From NCBI GenBank assembly GCA_963714095.1, contig OY970230.1, positions 468,084 to 532,083 of the forward strand: 64,000 nucleotides of DNA, in the 5' to 3' direction. Shown here piece by piece: positions 41,264 to 51,135 of this stretch; positions within the stretch are counted from its first letter, which is position 1, and the number at the start of each line of letters is the position of its first letter. This stretch comes from Candidatus Gottesmanbacteria bacterium (GTDB taxonomy: Bacteria > Patescibacteriota > Microgenomatia > UBA10105 > UBA927). The position numbers were made by a program, and so were the translations under genes. The notes under the pieces are model-generated. The model made no database searches, was not told where the DNA came from, and saw nothing but the letters and a program-made list of their open reading frames with translations.

Positions 41264-41711
41264 ACGCTGCAAGAGCCGCATCCACGATATACCGTGTATC
41301 TTCCTGCAAGCCCATACGGGCTAAATCTGCTTCTGAGCACCATCGGAATTCTTCCTGCATAACAACTTTTGACGGATCAGGTGTTGTGCCGAAGTAAATA
41401 CAATCAATATGCCGGTGTTCCGGCGCCTCGCCACGTGCATCTATTTGCTGGTCAAAAAGTAACGCGGGTGGGGTGAGCTCATTGGCGTATTTAAATTTTT
41501 TTAATTTTTTCTTCGGAGAAAAAATAATCACATCAATCCCCGCTTCTTCTTTCGCCTCGCGAATCGCTGCAGCAACCGGATCCTCGTCAGACTCGACATG
41601 CCCACCGAGCCCGTACCAGTTGTGGTGTTTTTTGTGCATATGCAGCAACACCTTCGGCTCCCCTTTTATGATTGCCATTACATATACCGTCGCGGAAAAA
41701 TGTTTAAGCAT
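41235..41711 (-). CDS. NUDIX hydrolase
   Basis: GGHVESDEDPVAAAIREAKEEAGI. Confidence 0.92.
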   Translation of the reverse strand: MLKHFSATVYVMAIIKGEPKVLLHMHKKHHNWYGLGGHVESDEDPVAAAIREAKEEAGIDVIIFSPKKKLKKFKYANELTPPALLFDQQIDARGEAPEHRHIDCIYFGTTPDPSKVVMQEEFRWCSEADLARMGLQEDTRYIVDAALAAFTLRGRQKE

Positions 41712-41725
41712 ATTCGCATTCTACC

Positions 41726-41753
41726 AAAAAGCCCCCGATTACTCGAGGGCTTT
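41726..41753 (-). terminator. Intrinsic terminator after groEL
   Basis: AAAGCCCTCGA-GTAA-TCGGGGGCTTTTT on minus strand. Confidence 0.75.
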
Positions 41754-41773
41754 CCTGTTTATATATCAATTTT

Positions 41774-43438
<1,665 letters not shown>

Positions 43439-43759
43439 TTAAGAAACGATTGCTAATATGTCTTTTTGTTCTACGATGGTCCATTCTTCCCCACCCACCT
43501 TGACTTCATTGCCGCCCCACTTTTTATACATGACGCGGTCGCCGACTTTCACGACCATTTTGCTGCAATCACACGATTTGTCATCCGCATCCGCGTCACA
43601 CGAACAGGATTTTCCCGGACCAACAGCCATCACCTGACCGATCTGTGGTTTTTCTTTTGCGCTGTCAGGAAGAATTATACCGGACGGGAGTTTCTCCTCC
43701 GCTTCAAGGGGTTTAACAAGAACATTGTCAAATAACGGCGTAATTTTTTGTTTTGCCAT
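43439..43759 (-). CDS. groS: Co-chaperonin GroES with Cys-rich roof loop
   Basis: PLFDNVLV, SGIILPDSAKEKP, AVGPG, VKVGDRV; ATG at 43759 with AAGGAGG. Confidence 0.96.
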   Translation of the reverse strand: MAKQKITPLFDNVLVKPLEAEEKLPSGIILPDSAKEKPQIGQVMAVGPGKSCSCDADADDKSCDCSKMVVKVGDRVMYKKWGGNEVKVGGEEWTIVEQKDILAIVS

Positions 43760-43769
43760 AGGTCCTCCT

Positions 43770-43823
43770 TTATCACTCATTTGAGATGAGTGCTATTTTA
43801 GCCTGCGTAGAAAACCTTGTCAA
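43770..43823 (-). promoter_or_regulatory. Sigma70 promoter and CIRCE operator of groES-groEL
   Basis: TTGACA(43823-18)-17bp-TAAAAT(43800-43795); ATAGCACTC-N9-GAGTGATAA at 43796-43770. Confidence 0.9.
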
Positions 43824-44640
43824 GGGGTATGTGAACCTTAGCCAAACGCACAGCTAGGTTCCGCTTGATCCATACTCTTGCATCATGCGGATGGAATCGA
43901 AGTACCGTATCAGTAATAACCTCACGGGTACGGCTTCGTGCCATATACCATAGCTGAAATTTTTTGGCCGGCCATTCAAATAACCGCAAAAAATAAATAA
44001 CCAAGCGAATGCTTGTATACACCTGCGCAACCCTTATAGTATTTTTTTCTTTCCATGCATTTGGAAGATACCGAGTGACCCAACGGTTCGAAAGCAAAAA
44101 TTTTTTATATGACCCTTGTTGTTCCCAAATGGGCACCATCTGAAGAACTTCGTGCGCGGTAAAACAATCACGATCATCGGCAACAAGACCGGTCGCTCCG
44201 GCAGTCATAAACATATTGAGACATATTTTATTCGCAACCGATACGTCTTTCGGGTGCCGCCGGAGTCCAAGGATATCCATAGCGAACGTTGCAAGAAGCC
44301 GGCTGACCCACAACGTGCCATCTGCAACAATAAGGAAAAAATCTATGTCATCCGAGGCGCGGGCATTATTCATCGCAAGTCCGCCGGTGACGCCGACTAA
44401 TTGGATAGTTGGAATCATTGCTAACCATTGCCCGGCTTTATTTGCTATCGCCCACTTATCGTTTTGCCGCTGTATTTTATTATATGCAAGAAAAAATCCT
44501 ATCCCGTTCGGGACTCTTATTGTACTGACAGGGTAATACAAAAACCAACGAATAAGCTCTTCTCTTGTTAACGCGTAACCGAATACATCCGCGTACGCAA
44601 GCGTTGCGATTAAAGCCTCGTATTTTGATACGGAATGCAT
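43798..44640 (-). CDS. Nucleotidyltransferase-fold hypothetical protein
   Basis: GVTGGLA..NARASDDIDFFLI resembles the Pol-beta G-S/G...DxD motif. Confidence 0.6.
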   Translation of the reverse strand: MHSVSKYEALIATLAYADVFGYALTREELIRWFLYYPVSTIRVPNGIGFFLAYNKIQRQNDKWAIANKAGQWLAMIPTIQLVGVTGGLAMNNARASDDIDFFLIVADGTLWVSRLLATFAMDILGLRRHPKDVSVANKICLNMFMTAGATGLVADDRDCFTAHEVLQMVPIWEQQGSYKKFLLSNRWVTRYLPNAWKEKNTIRVAQVYTSIRLVIYFLRLFEWPAKKFQLWYMARSRTREVITDTVLRFHPHDARVWIKRNLAVRLAKVHIPLDKVFYAG

Positions 44641-44642
44641 GG

Positions 44643-46202
44643 TTATGGTGTGGTTGCGGGGGCAGTACCTGTAGTTAAACCGTAACTCGTCAGCACTTGA
44701 GAAAATCCTGCAGATGCGGTTTGGAGAGCGGCAGTCGGTGCAGTTCCCTGGCCGACGGCATTCACCGCATCCGTTAAATATTGAATAAGCTTGTCATTGA
44801 TGCCGTTGTCAAAAGTACGCGATGCCAGGGGAAACGATTTTGCGGTCGGTGCTTCCTGAATATAGGCACCAACATATGGATCGCTCGTGACTGTTCCGGC
44901 AAGATCAACTCTGGCGTACGGCTCTCCGAATAAGCGTGTTTTTGCTTCTTCTCCGTACAACTTTATCGTCACGTCGTGACCGGTCATGTATTTGAGAAAC
45001 GTCCACCCCTGTGTCTGATATTTTGATTTTGTTGATACTCCCCCCACCCAATAGGAAGCCCAATTGACGCTGCTTCCAGGCAACTGCGGCACAGGAGCAA
45101 TTTTGAAATTCAGGTTGGGATTAATCTGTTTAATATCAAACACGCGCCACGACGGAGCAAGTATCATTGCTACCTTCCCGCTGGCAAATGCGTAAATAGA
45201 ATTATCCATCGTATCATTCCATGTATAGACGGGATCTGACGGATTAGCAAACTTCCAGTAAAACATCAATGTATCTTCCGCCTCCTTACCTGTGGGATTG
45301 GCAAGATTTGCCCCGTTTTGCATCATCATAAGACCGACGATATCACTGAAATTTTCGACATTACCCGTGGTCCCCAAGGCAATCGCTGATTGCTGGATTT
45401 GCGTATCCGTTTTAACCGTAAGGCGCGGAACATCTTCCAGAAGTTCCGGCCATGTCGTCGGAGGTGTCACCCCCGCTGTTGTCAGTAAGTCTTCATTATA
45501 GTAAAGACCTAACCCGTCAAACATGAACGGTACTCCGTAAATCGCCTGTCCGCCGACAAGGTCCGAGGATGCCACGGGATAAAATGTACTGCCGAATTCC
45601 GTTGTAGTCATAATTGTTACGGGCGCAGGCGATAATTCACTCTTGAGCATCGGCACCCACGTATTATGGAATTCGTAGACATCCGGCCCGTCGCCCCGCT
45701 CGATTGCTGCCTGCAGGCGTTCACGGTATTGCTGAGGTGACTGTTTAACATACTGAACTTTAATTTTCGGATTTGCCGTCTGAAAATCAGCAATCACGCT
45801 TTGTAACGTCGGGCTGTCTTCCCAAAGACCCCAATACGTAATAGTCACTTCCTTTCCAGCATTTACCATTCCTAAAACATATTTAATGCCAACTGCAACC
45901 CCCGCAATCAGCAGTAAAAACAGAAGAATCATGAGAATCCGCTTGAATAAGGGTTTGCCGGCAGCGGGCGGCGTTTGACTCACTGTTTGTTCTGTAGGCG
46001 CTACACCGTGCGGAATAAACGGGTTGGCGTTGGCAGCAGCGGGCGGGATCACTAATGTCTCAGAGGAAACTTGCGGAGCCATACCCCAATCCAACGGTGC
46101 AGGAGTGGAAGGCGCGGGAATATTAGGCACCGGAGGAGACGGAGGAACCGGAGTTTCGCCTACCTGTTGATCCTGCGCGACTGGCGGCTGTATGTCGTCC
46201 AT
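44643..46202 (-). CDS. Membrane-anchored sugar-type extracellular solute-binding protein with Pro-rich N-tail
   Basis: ITYWGLWE, GPDV, YGVPFMFDGLGLYYNEDL, PPTTW, FASGKVAM, APVPQ. Confidence 0.88.
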   Translation of the reverse strand: MDDIQPPVAQDQQVGETPVPPSPPVPNIPAPSTPAPLDWGMAPQVSSETLVIPPAAANANPFIPHGVAPTEQTVSQTPPAAGKPLFKRILMILLFLLLIAGVAVGIKYVLGMVNAGKEVTITYWGLWEDSPTLQSVIADFQTANPKIKVQYVKQSPQQYRERLQAAIERGDGPDVYEFHNTWVPMLKSELSPAPVTIMTTTEFGSTFYPVASSDLVGGQAIYGVPFMFDGLGLYYNEDLLTTAGVTPPTTWPELLEDVPRLTVKTDTQIQQSAIALGTTGNVENFSDIVGLMMMQNGANLANPTGKEAEDTLMFYWKFANPSDPVYTWNDTMDNSIYAFASGKVAMILAPSWRVFDIKQINPNLNFKIAPVPQLPGSSVNWASYWVGGVSTKSKYQTQGWTFLKYMTGHDVTIKLYGEEAKTRLFGEPYARVDLAGTVTSDPYVGAYIQEAPTAKSFPLASRTFDNGINDKLIQYLTDAVNAVGQGTAPTAALQTASAGFSQVLTSYGLTTGTAPATTP

Positions 46203-46250
46203 AAAAAACACCCTCGCACTTAGCGGCTACTGGCGTATAATTATCATATC

Positions 46251-47642
46251 ATGGGGAAAGTAAAGCACAATACCGCACGCTGGATTTATGCAGGTTTTTT
46301 GACCGGCATAATCGTCATACTCTGTTTACTCATAATTACCGGTGTTCTTTTTGAAAAAAAATATCAGGGGCGAATCTATCCGCGGGTTTCTGTCGGGAAT
46401 ATTGACGTTTCGGGCGAATATCCGAAAGAAGTAGAAACGTATTGGCTAACGAAAAATACCCCGTTTAACACCATGCAGTTTGAACTCCTGTACGATGGAA
46501 AAATCGCAACTATTTCAGGTGCCGATTTAAACTTGGGTTACGATGCAACACTTTCGGCAACCCAAGCGTTCCTTATCGACCGGTCAGGTCAATGGCTCTC
46601 AAATATCTACCTTGTATTGTCTCGACAATCCGTAAATCTCGCTCCGTACTTCCGCTGGAACAGCGACGTTATTGATTCCGCGCTCTCCGCAATTGCCTCT
46701 CAAGTCAATATACCGGCAACCGATGCTCTTTTTCAATTCCAAAATGGACGGGTCACCAGTTTCCGCCCGTCGTCAAACGGAAAACAGCTTAATGTTGATG
46801 AAGCAAATAACCGGATCACACAGGCTTTCCACACGGCAGAAGAGACGGGCCAACAACACATAACCGTCCTTATGCCGATTGAAACCGTACGGCCTACAGT
46901 CGCAACGGATAAAGCAAATACGTTCGGAATCAAAGAACTCATTGGTTCCGGTTATTCAGAATTTGCCGGATCTACAGCCGAAAGAATACACAACGTAACA
47001 CTTGCCGCGTCACGGCTTAACGGCGTTCTTATAAAACCCGGGGAAACCTTCTCGTTTAACGACACGGTCGGAGATATATCGGCTGCCACCGGCTATCAGT
47101 CGGCCTGGATCATAAAAGACGGCCGCACCGTGCTTGGTGACGGCGGCGGGGTGTGCCAGGTTTCCACTACTCTGTTTCGGGCAGCGCTCGCTGCTGGACT
47201 TCCGATCGTCGAACGGCATGCACATGATTACCGCGTCCACTACTACGAAGAAGGTGGGTTTAAACCGGGCTTGGATGCTACTGTCTACGGCCCGACATAT
47301 GATTTAAAATTCAAAAACGATACACCCGCGTCCATTCTTATCCAGGCAAAAACTGATGTGACGAACCTGTCGCTTATCTTTGATCTGTACGGGGCAAGTG
47401 ATGGCAGAATTGCGCAAATCATCAATCAAAAGCTGTGGGACATCACCCCACCCCCGCCGGACCTCTATCAGGATGATCCGACGCTTGCAAAAGGTGTCGT
47501 CAAACAGGTAGACTTTAGTGCATGGGGTGCGAAAGCCTCCTTTGATTATCTTATCACGCGCGGCGACGCGACGCTGGAGAAAACCACATTTTTCTCTAAT
47601 TACCAACCGTGGCAAGCTGTATACTTAAGAGGAACACTATGA
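46251..47642 (+). CDS. VanW-family protein with peptidoglycan-binding-like N-region
   Basis: RIHNVTLA, IKPGETFSFN, GGGVCQVSTTLFRA, ERHAH, GLDATV, DLKFKN. Confidence 0.9.
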   Translation: MGKVKHNTARWIYAGFLTGIIVILCLLIITGVLFEKKYQGRIYPRVSVGNIDVSGEYPKEVETYWLTKNTPFNTMQFELLYDGKIATISGADLNLGYDATLSATQAFLIDRSGQWLSNIYLVLSRQSVNLAPYFRWNSDVIDSALSAIASQVNIPATDALFQFQNGRVTSFRPSSNGKQLNVDEANNRITQAFHTAEETGQQHITVLMPIETVRPTVATDKANTFGIKELIGSGYSEFAGSTAERIHNVTLAASRLNGVLIKPGETFSFNDTVGDISAATGYQSAWIIKDGRTVLGDGGGVCQVSTTLFRAALAAGLPIVERHAHDYRVHYYEEGGFKPGLDATVYGPTYDLKFKNDTPASILIQAKTDVTNLSLIFDLYGASDGRIAQIINQKLWDITPPPPDLYQDDPTLAKGVVKQVDFSAWGAKASFDYLITRGDATLEKTTFFSNYQPWQAVYLRGTL

Positions 47643-48058
47643 AAAAAGTTGTTCTTGTCGGCGGGTGTTTTGATCTGTTGCACTTCGGCCACATCTCTTT
47701 TCTCAAACAAGCAAAAACGCTGGGTAATTTTCTCGTGATTGCACTCGAATCGGATGAAAATGTCCGACGTACGAAGGGGGAAGCCCGCCCTATCCATACG
47801 CAGGCACAACGCAAAGAAATGCTTGAGTCGTTATCATTTGTCGATGAAGTCATCGCACTTCCCTCTATGCATACTGATGAAGATTATTTCAAATTGGTCC
47901 GAAAAATTAAGCCAGCAGTCATCGCTGTTACAGACGGTGACAGTGCAAAAGTAAAAAAAATGGAGCAAGCAAACGAAGTCGGGGCCGCGCTTATCGAAAT
48001 CCCCAAAATCCACACTCCGTCAACGAGTCAGCTGGCTAAACTCCTGGGACTTGAGTAG
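47639..48058 (+). CDS. Cytidylyltransferase-family nucleotidyltransferase (RibL/TagD/RfaE-like)
   Basis: GGCFDLLHFGHISFL (HxGH), KGEARPI, STS. Confidence 0.85.
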   Translation: MKKVVLVGGCFDLLHFGHISFLKQAKTLGNFLVIALESDENVRRTKGEARPIHTQAQRKEMLESLSFVDEVIALPSMHTDEDYFKLVRKIKPAVIAVTDGDSAKVKKMEQANEVGAALIEIPKIHTPSTSQLAKLLGLE

Positions 48059-48070
48059 AATACAACAATT

Positions 48071-49084
48071 ATGATTATTCTCGCCATCGAATCATCGTGT
48101 GATGAAACATCCGCCGCAGTTGTTGTTGATGGCGTCACGGTGTTAAGTAATGTAGTGGCAACATCTGCCGCCATGCATGCAAAATACGGCGGCATTGTTC
48201 CGGAGGTAGCGGCACGCGAGCAGCTAAAAGTTATTATTCCGACGATCGATGAAGCACTCAAACAAGCAAAAACAGATCTTACATCTATTGATGCCATTGC
48301 TATTGCAGTTGGCCCTGGCCTGATCGGATCACTTTTAATCGGCGTAGAAACAGCTAAAACACTAGCTCTTGCCACCGGAAAACCGTTAATACCTGTAAAC
48401 CATGTACTTGCACATATGTTTGCTAACTTTATCGGTAACCAAAAAATCGAATTTCCCGCGATATCGCTTGTTGTAAGCGGCGGACATACGGAATTATTTC
48501 TTATGGAGTCGCCTAAAAAATTATCGTGGCTTGGAGGAACGCTTGATGACGCGGCAGGCGAGGCCTTCGATAAAACTGCCCGGCTCTTGGGATTTGAAAA
48601 TCGAGGCGGACCGGCAATACAGGAAGCGTCGGCAAAATTTCAGATTGAAAAGTCAAAATTTAAAACAAAACTTCCCCGTCCACTTCTGCATGACGGGTCG
48701 CTTAACTTTTCCTTCTCAGGACTCAAAACCGCAATCTGGCGCGAATGGAATAAATTACCTGAGCGGGATGAGGATATAACCAGCGCATTTGCCTATGAGG
48801 TGCAGGAATCCATTACCGACGTCTTGGTCTCAAAAACAATACATGCAGCGAAAAGGTATAGCGCCAAAAGTATTTTGGTTTCCGGCGGTGTTGCAGCAAA
48901 TTTACGGCTACGGGAAAAAATACAGGATGCTGCAGAAAAAAATTCCGTAAAACTCTTCATTCCTCCAATTGGATTATGTACCGATAACGCAGCCTACATC
49001 GGAAGTTACGCATTCTTCCGCGGGCAACCCGCCGACTGGCACACGATTACAGCAATCCCGGATATGTCAGTGGAAGATATTTAA
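48071..49084 (+). CDS. tsaD: tRNA N6-adenosine threonylcarbamoyltransferase TsaD
   Basis: IESSCDET, GGIVPEVAAR, HVLAH, VSGGHT, DDAAGEAFDK, SFSGLKT, CTDNAA. Confidence 0.97.
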   Translation: MIILAIESSCDETSAAVVVDGVTVLSNVVATSAAMHAKYGGIVPEVAAREQLKVIIPTIDEALKQAKTDLTSIDAIAIAVGPGLIGSLLIGVETAKTLALATGKPLIPVNHVLAHMFANFIGNQKIEFPAISLVVSGGHTELFLMESPKKLSWLGGTLDDAAGEAFDKTARLLGFENRGGPAIQEASAKFQIEKSKFKTKLPRPLLHDGSLNFSFSGLKTAIWREWNKLPERDEDITSAFAYEVQESITDVLVSKTIHAAKRYSAKSILVSGGVAANLRLREKIQDAAEKNSVKLFIPPIGLCTDNAAYIGSYAFFRGQPADWHTITAIPDMSVEDI

Positions 49085-49588
49085 TGTATTGAGGATTACA
49101 GTTTCGCCGACACTCCACTGTGAATATCCTGAGGGATTGTGTTCTGTTTCAGAAATAAACTCGTTCCACGGTATCCATTTCCATTCTCCAACTTCTTGAA
49201 AATTTGGTCTGGGACCTCCGTCGTAAAACCCCACAAGAATCGGGCAGATTTCATTCTCCATGATCCCATTTATATCAGTACACGTGTACCGGTACGGAGA
49301 AACAACTTTTATATCGTTTACGGTTATCCCCAATTCATCTTTCAATCGTCGTTTCGCTGCGTCAACCACGTCCTCACCCGGCGCCGGGTGCCCGCAGACC
49401 GTATTGGTCCACACACCGGGAAATGTTTTCTTTGTATACGCGCGGCGGGTCAGAAGCAACTCGTGTTTTTTATTAAACACAAAGAGCGAAAATCCGCGGT
49501 GCAGCGGCGTGTGATCGGTATGTACCGTATCTTTCGGCGCCATTCCAATTCCGTGATTTTGCTCATCAACTAAAACAACCAATTCCAT
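49067..49588 (-). CDS. idi: Isopentenyl-diphosphate delta-isomerase, type 1
   Basis: LHRGFSLFVFN, KKTFPGVWTNTVCGHP, RRLKDELG, ENEICP. Confidence 0.93.
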   Translation of the reverse strand: MELVVLVDEQNHGIGMAPKDTVHTDHTPLHRGFSLFVFNKKHELLLTRRAYTKKTFPGVWTNTVCGHPAPGEDVVDAAKRRLKDELGITVNDIKVVSPYRYTCTDINGIMENEICPILVGFYDGGPRPNFQEVGEWKWIPWNEFISETEHNPSGYSQWSVGETVILNTLNIFH

Positions 49589-49589
49589 G

Positions 49590-49661
49590 TGGGGCCGCTT
49601 GGAATCGGACCAAGTACATCGATCTTATAAGGATCGCGTTCTACCGATGAACTACGGCCCC
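49590..49661 (-). tRNA. tRNA-Ile (anticodon TAT/UAU)
   Basis: Cloverleaf GGGGCCG/CGGCCCC-A; D arm GTTC-ATCGGTA-GAAC; anticodon arm CGATC-CTTATAA-GATCG; T arm CTTGG-TCCGATT-CCAAG; upstream TGGTATAAT (-10 at 49681-76). Confidence 0.9.
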
Positions 49662-49692
49662 GTGAGAACGTTATAATTATACCAAAAGAAGC

Positions 49693-51087
49693 TTACGTGT
49701 GGAGAATCTCTATCATTTTAGCCTCAATATCGCGTGCGCGCTTTTCTGTCTTGCCGAAAATAATATACCCGAGCTGATGATATGACAGGAGATTTTCGGA
49801 AATAATAACAAGCCCCTCACGGGTTTGTTTATTGAACAATATCGGCTCAAGAACTGTAAGCATTTCTTTAAAAGAATAGACTTTACTGTCGGTTAACTTA
49901 TATGCATTATTGGACAATATGCAGGTCAGATACATAAAATCTTTTCCGAATAATTTCTCTGCGGTTGCAAACACGTGTGTACCGCCGGTTCTTCGGACGT
50001 TTGTCTCCGTCACATACATATGCCCGTTTTTAGACGCCACAAAATCTACATCAAAATAGCCCCGGTACCCGTTTGAACGGTATTGTTCCCCGATAAAAAA
50101 TCCTGTATCCACCATACGGACCGCTGCTTGTTCGGAAATTGCATCATTGTGTATTTCCATACCAAGAAACACACCGTCTTTCGTGACACGCATGCCGCCG
50201 TAATACAAAAATTCCACATGCCCGTTTTTCAGTATCTGAAATTCAAGGCTCGGGTATCCCCCGCCAACAGCTGTGTTTACGGACAACAGCGACTCAATCA
50301 CAATCGGAAACAATTTCCAGTATTCATCTTTTTCGAGTATCGTTAATATAGCCTTCTGACAGGATGCATAATCGTTCGGTAACTCCCCGTCCCGCAGCAG
50401 TAGTACGCCTGCACCGGAATGACCTTTGTTGGTTTTCAACACTACACCGTGTTCGGTCACATATTTATTTGCCGCGATGCGCGACGCATCAATAATGCCA
50501 CTCACGATAATACCCTCCGCCATCATAAAATCAGGTTCTGCTGCCCGGCTTTGCTGGGAGAGTTGCCGGATGCCGGATTTACTGCCGAAAAAGTTTACAG
50601 TCCACGCATCTTCTTCTTCGGGCGCCTCCGGGGTAAAAATCGTAAGGCCCCTGCCACGCAGAGTTCGCACAAGATCAAGGAATTGCTGGGAAGTCGTGTA
50701 GCTTTTTACTACCAACCGGCGGGATCCGTTTGCAGCGTTAATTAAAGCCTGCATAATATTTTCATCCCGAATGATATCCTCACAAATCACTCCCGAATGA
50801 ACCTTCGGAACCTGTACGTGAAAATTCCGTTTGCCGAATAGTGTGGTGAAATATTCAAAAAATACTTTGTCAACCGGACGCGGGAGAACAAATATCATCG
50901 CGTCTTCCGCGCAGAATGAAAAAAGATCCCGGTCCCCCAAATCCGCATTCTCTTCTATTTCCATTTTCTGAACCTGTTTATCGGACATGGCACTGATAAA
51001 CGGCCATACGTCTTCCGACAGGTTGAATATATAGACTGTGGATTCCGGAAGTTTGGGAATACTACTCGGAGGCTCTTGAATGTCCAT
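49693..51087 (-). CDS. ATP-grasp-fold protein of unknown substrate
   Basis: VLKTNKGHSGAGV, GYFDVDFV, VTETNVRRTGGT (ExNxR) motifs. Confidence 0.7.
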   Translation of the reverse strand: MDIQEPPSSIPKLPESTVYIFNLSEDVWPFISAMSDKQVQKMEIEENADLGDRDLFSFCAEDAMIFVLPRPVDKVFFEYFTTLFGKRNFHVQVPKVHSGVICEDIIRDENIMQALINAANGSRRLVVKSYTTSQQFLDLVRTLRGRGLTIFTPEAPEEEDAWTVNFFGSKSGIRQLSQQSRAAEPDFMMAEGIIVSGIIDASRIAANKYVTEHGVVLKTNKGHSGAGVLLLRDGELPNDYASCQKAILTILEKDEYWKLFPIVIESLLSVNTAVGGGYPSLEFQILKNGHVEFLYYGGMRVTKDGVFLGMEIHNDAISEQAAVRMVDTGFFIGEQYRSNGYRGYFDVDFVASKNGHMYVTETNVRRTGGTHVFATAEKLFGKDFMYLTCILSNNAYKLTDSKVYSFKEMLTVLEPILFNKQTREGLVIISENLLSYHQLGYIIFGKTEKRARDIEAKMIEILHT

Positions 51088-51135
51088 GATACAAACAATA
51101 GAATACCGCAATTGGAAAATATGTAAAGGGGGAGT

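Noticed and set aside
46251-47642. VanW as a vancomycin resistance locus
   Set aside because: No vanHAX or vanRS; VanW-domain proteins are widespread cell-wall proteins
49067-49700. tRNA as an integration site for a mobile element
   Set aside because: No integrase and no duplicated tRNA 3' end seen in the window
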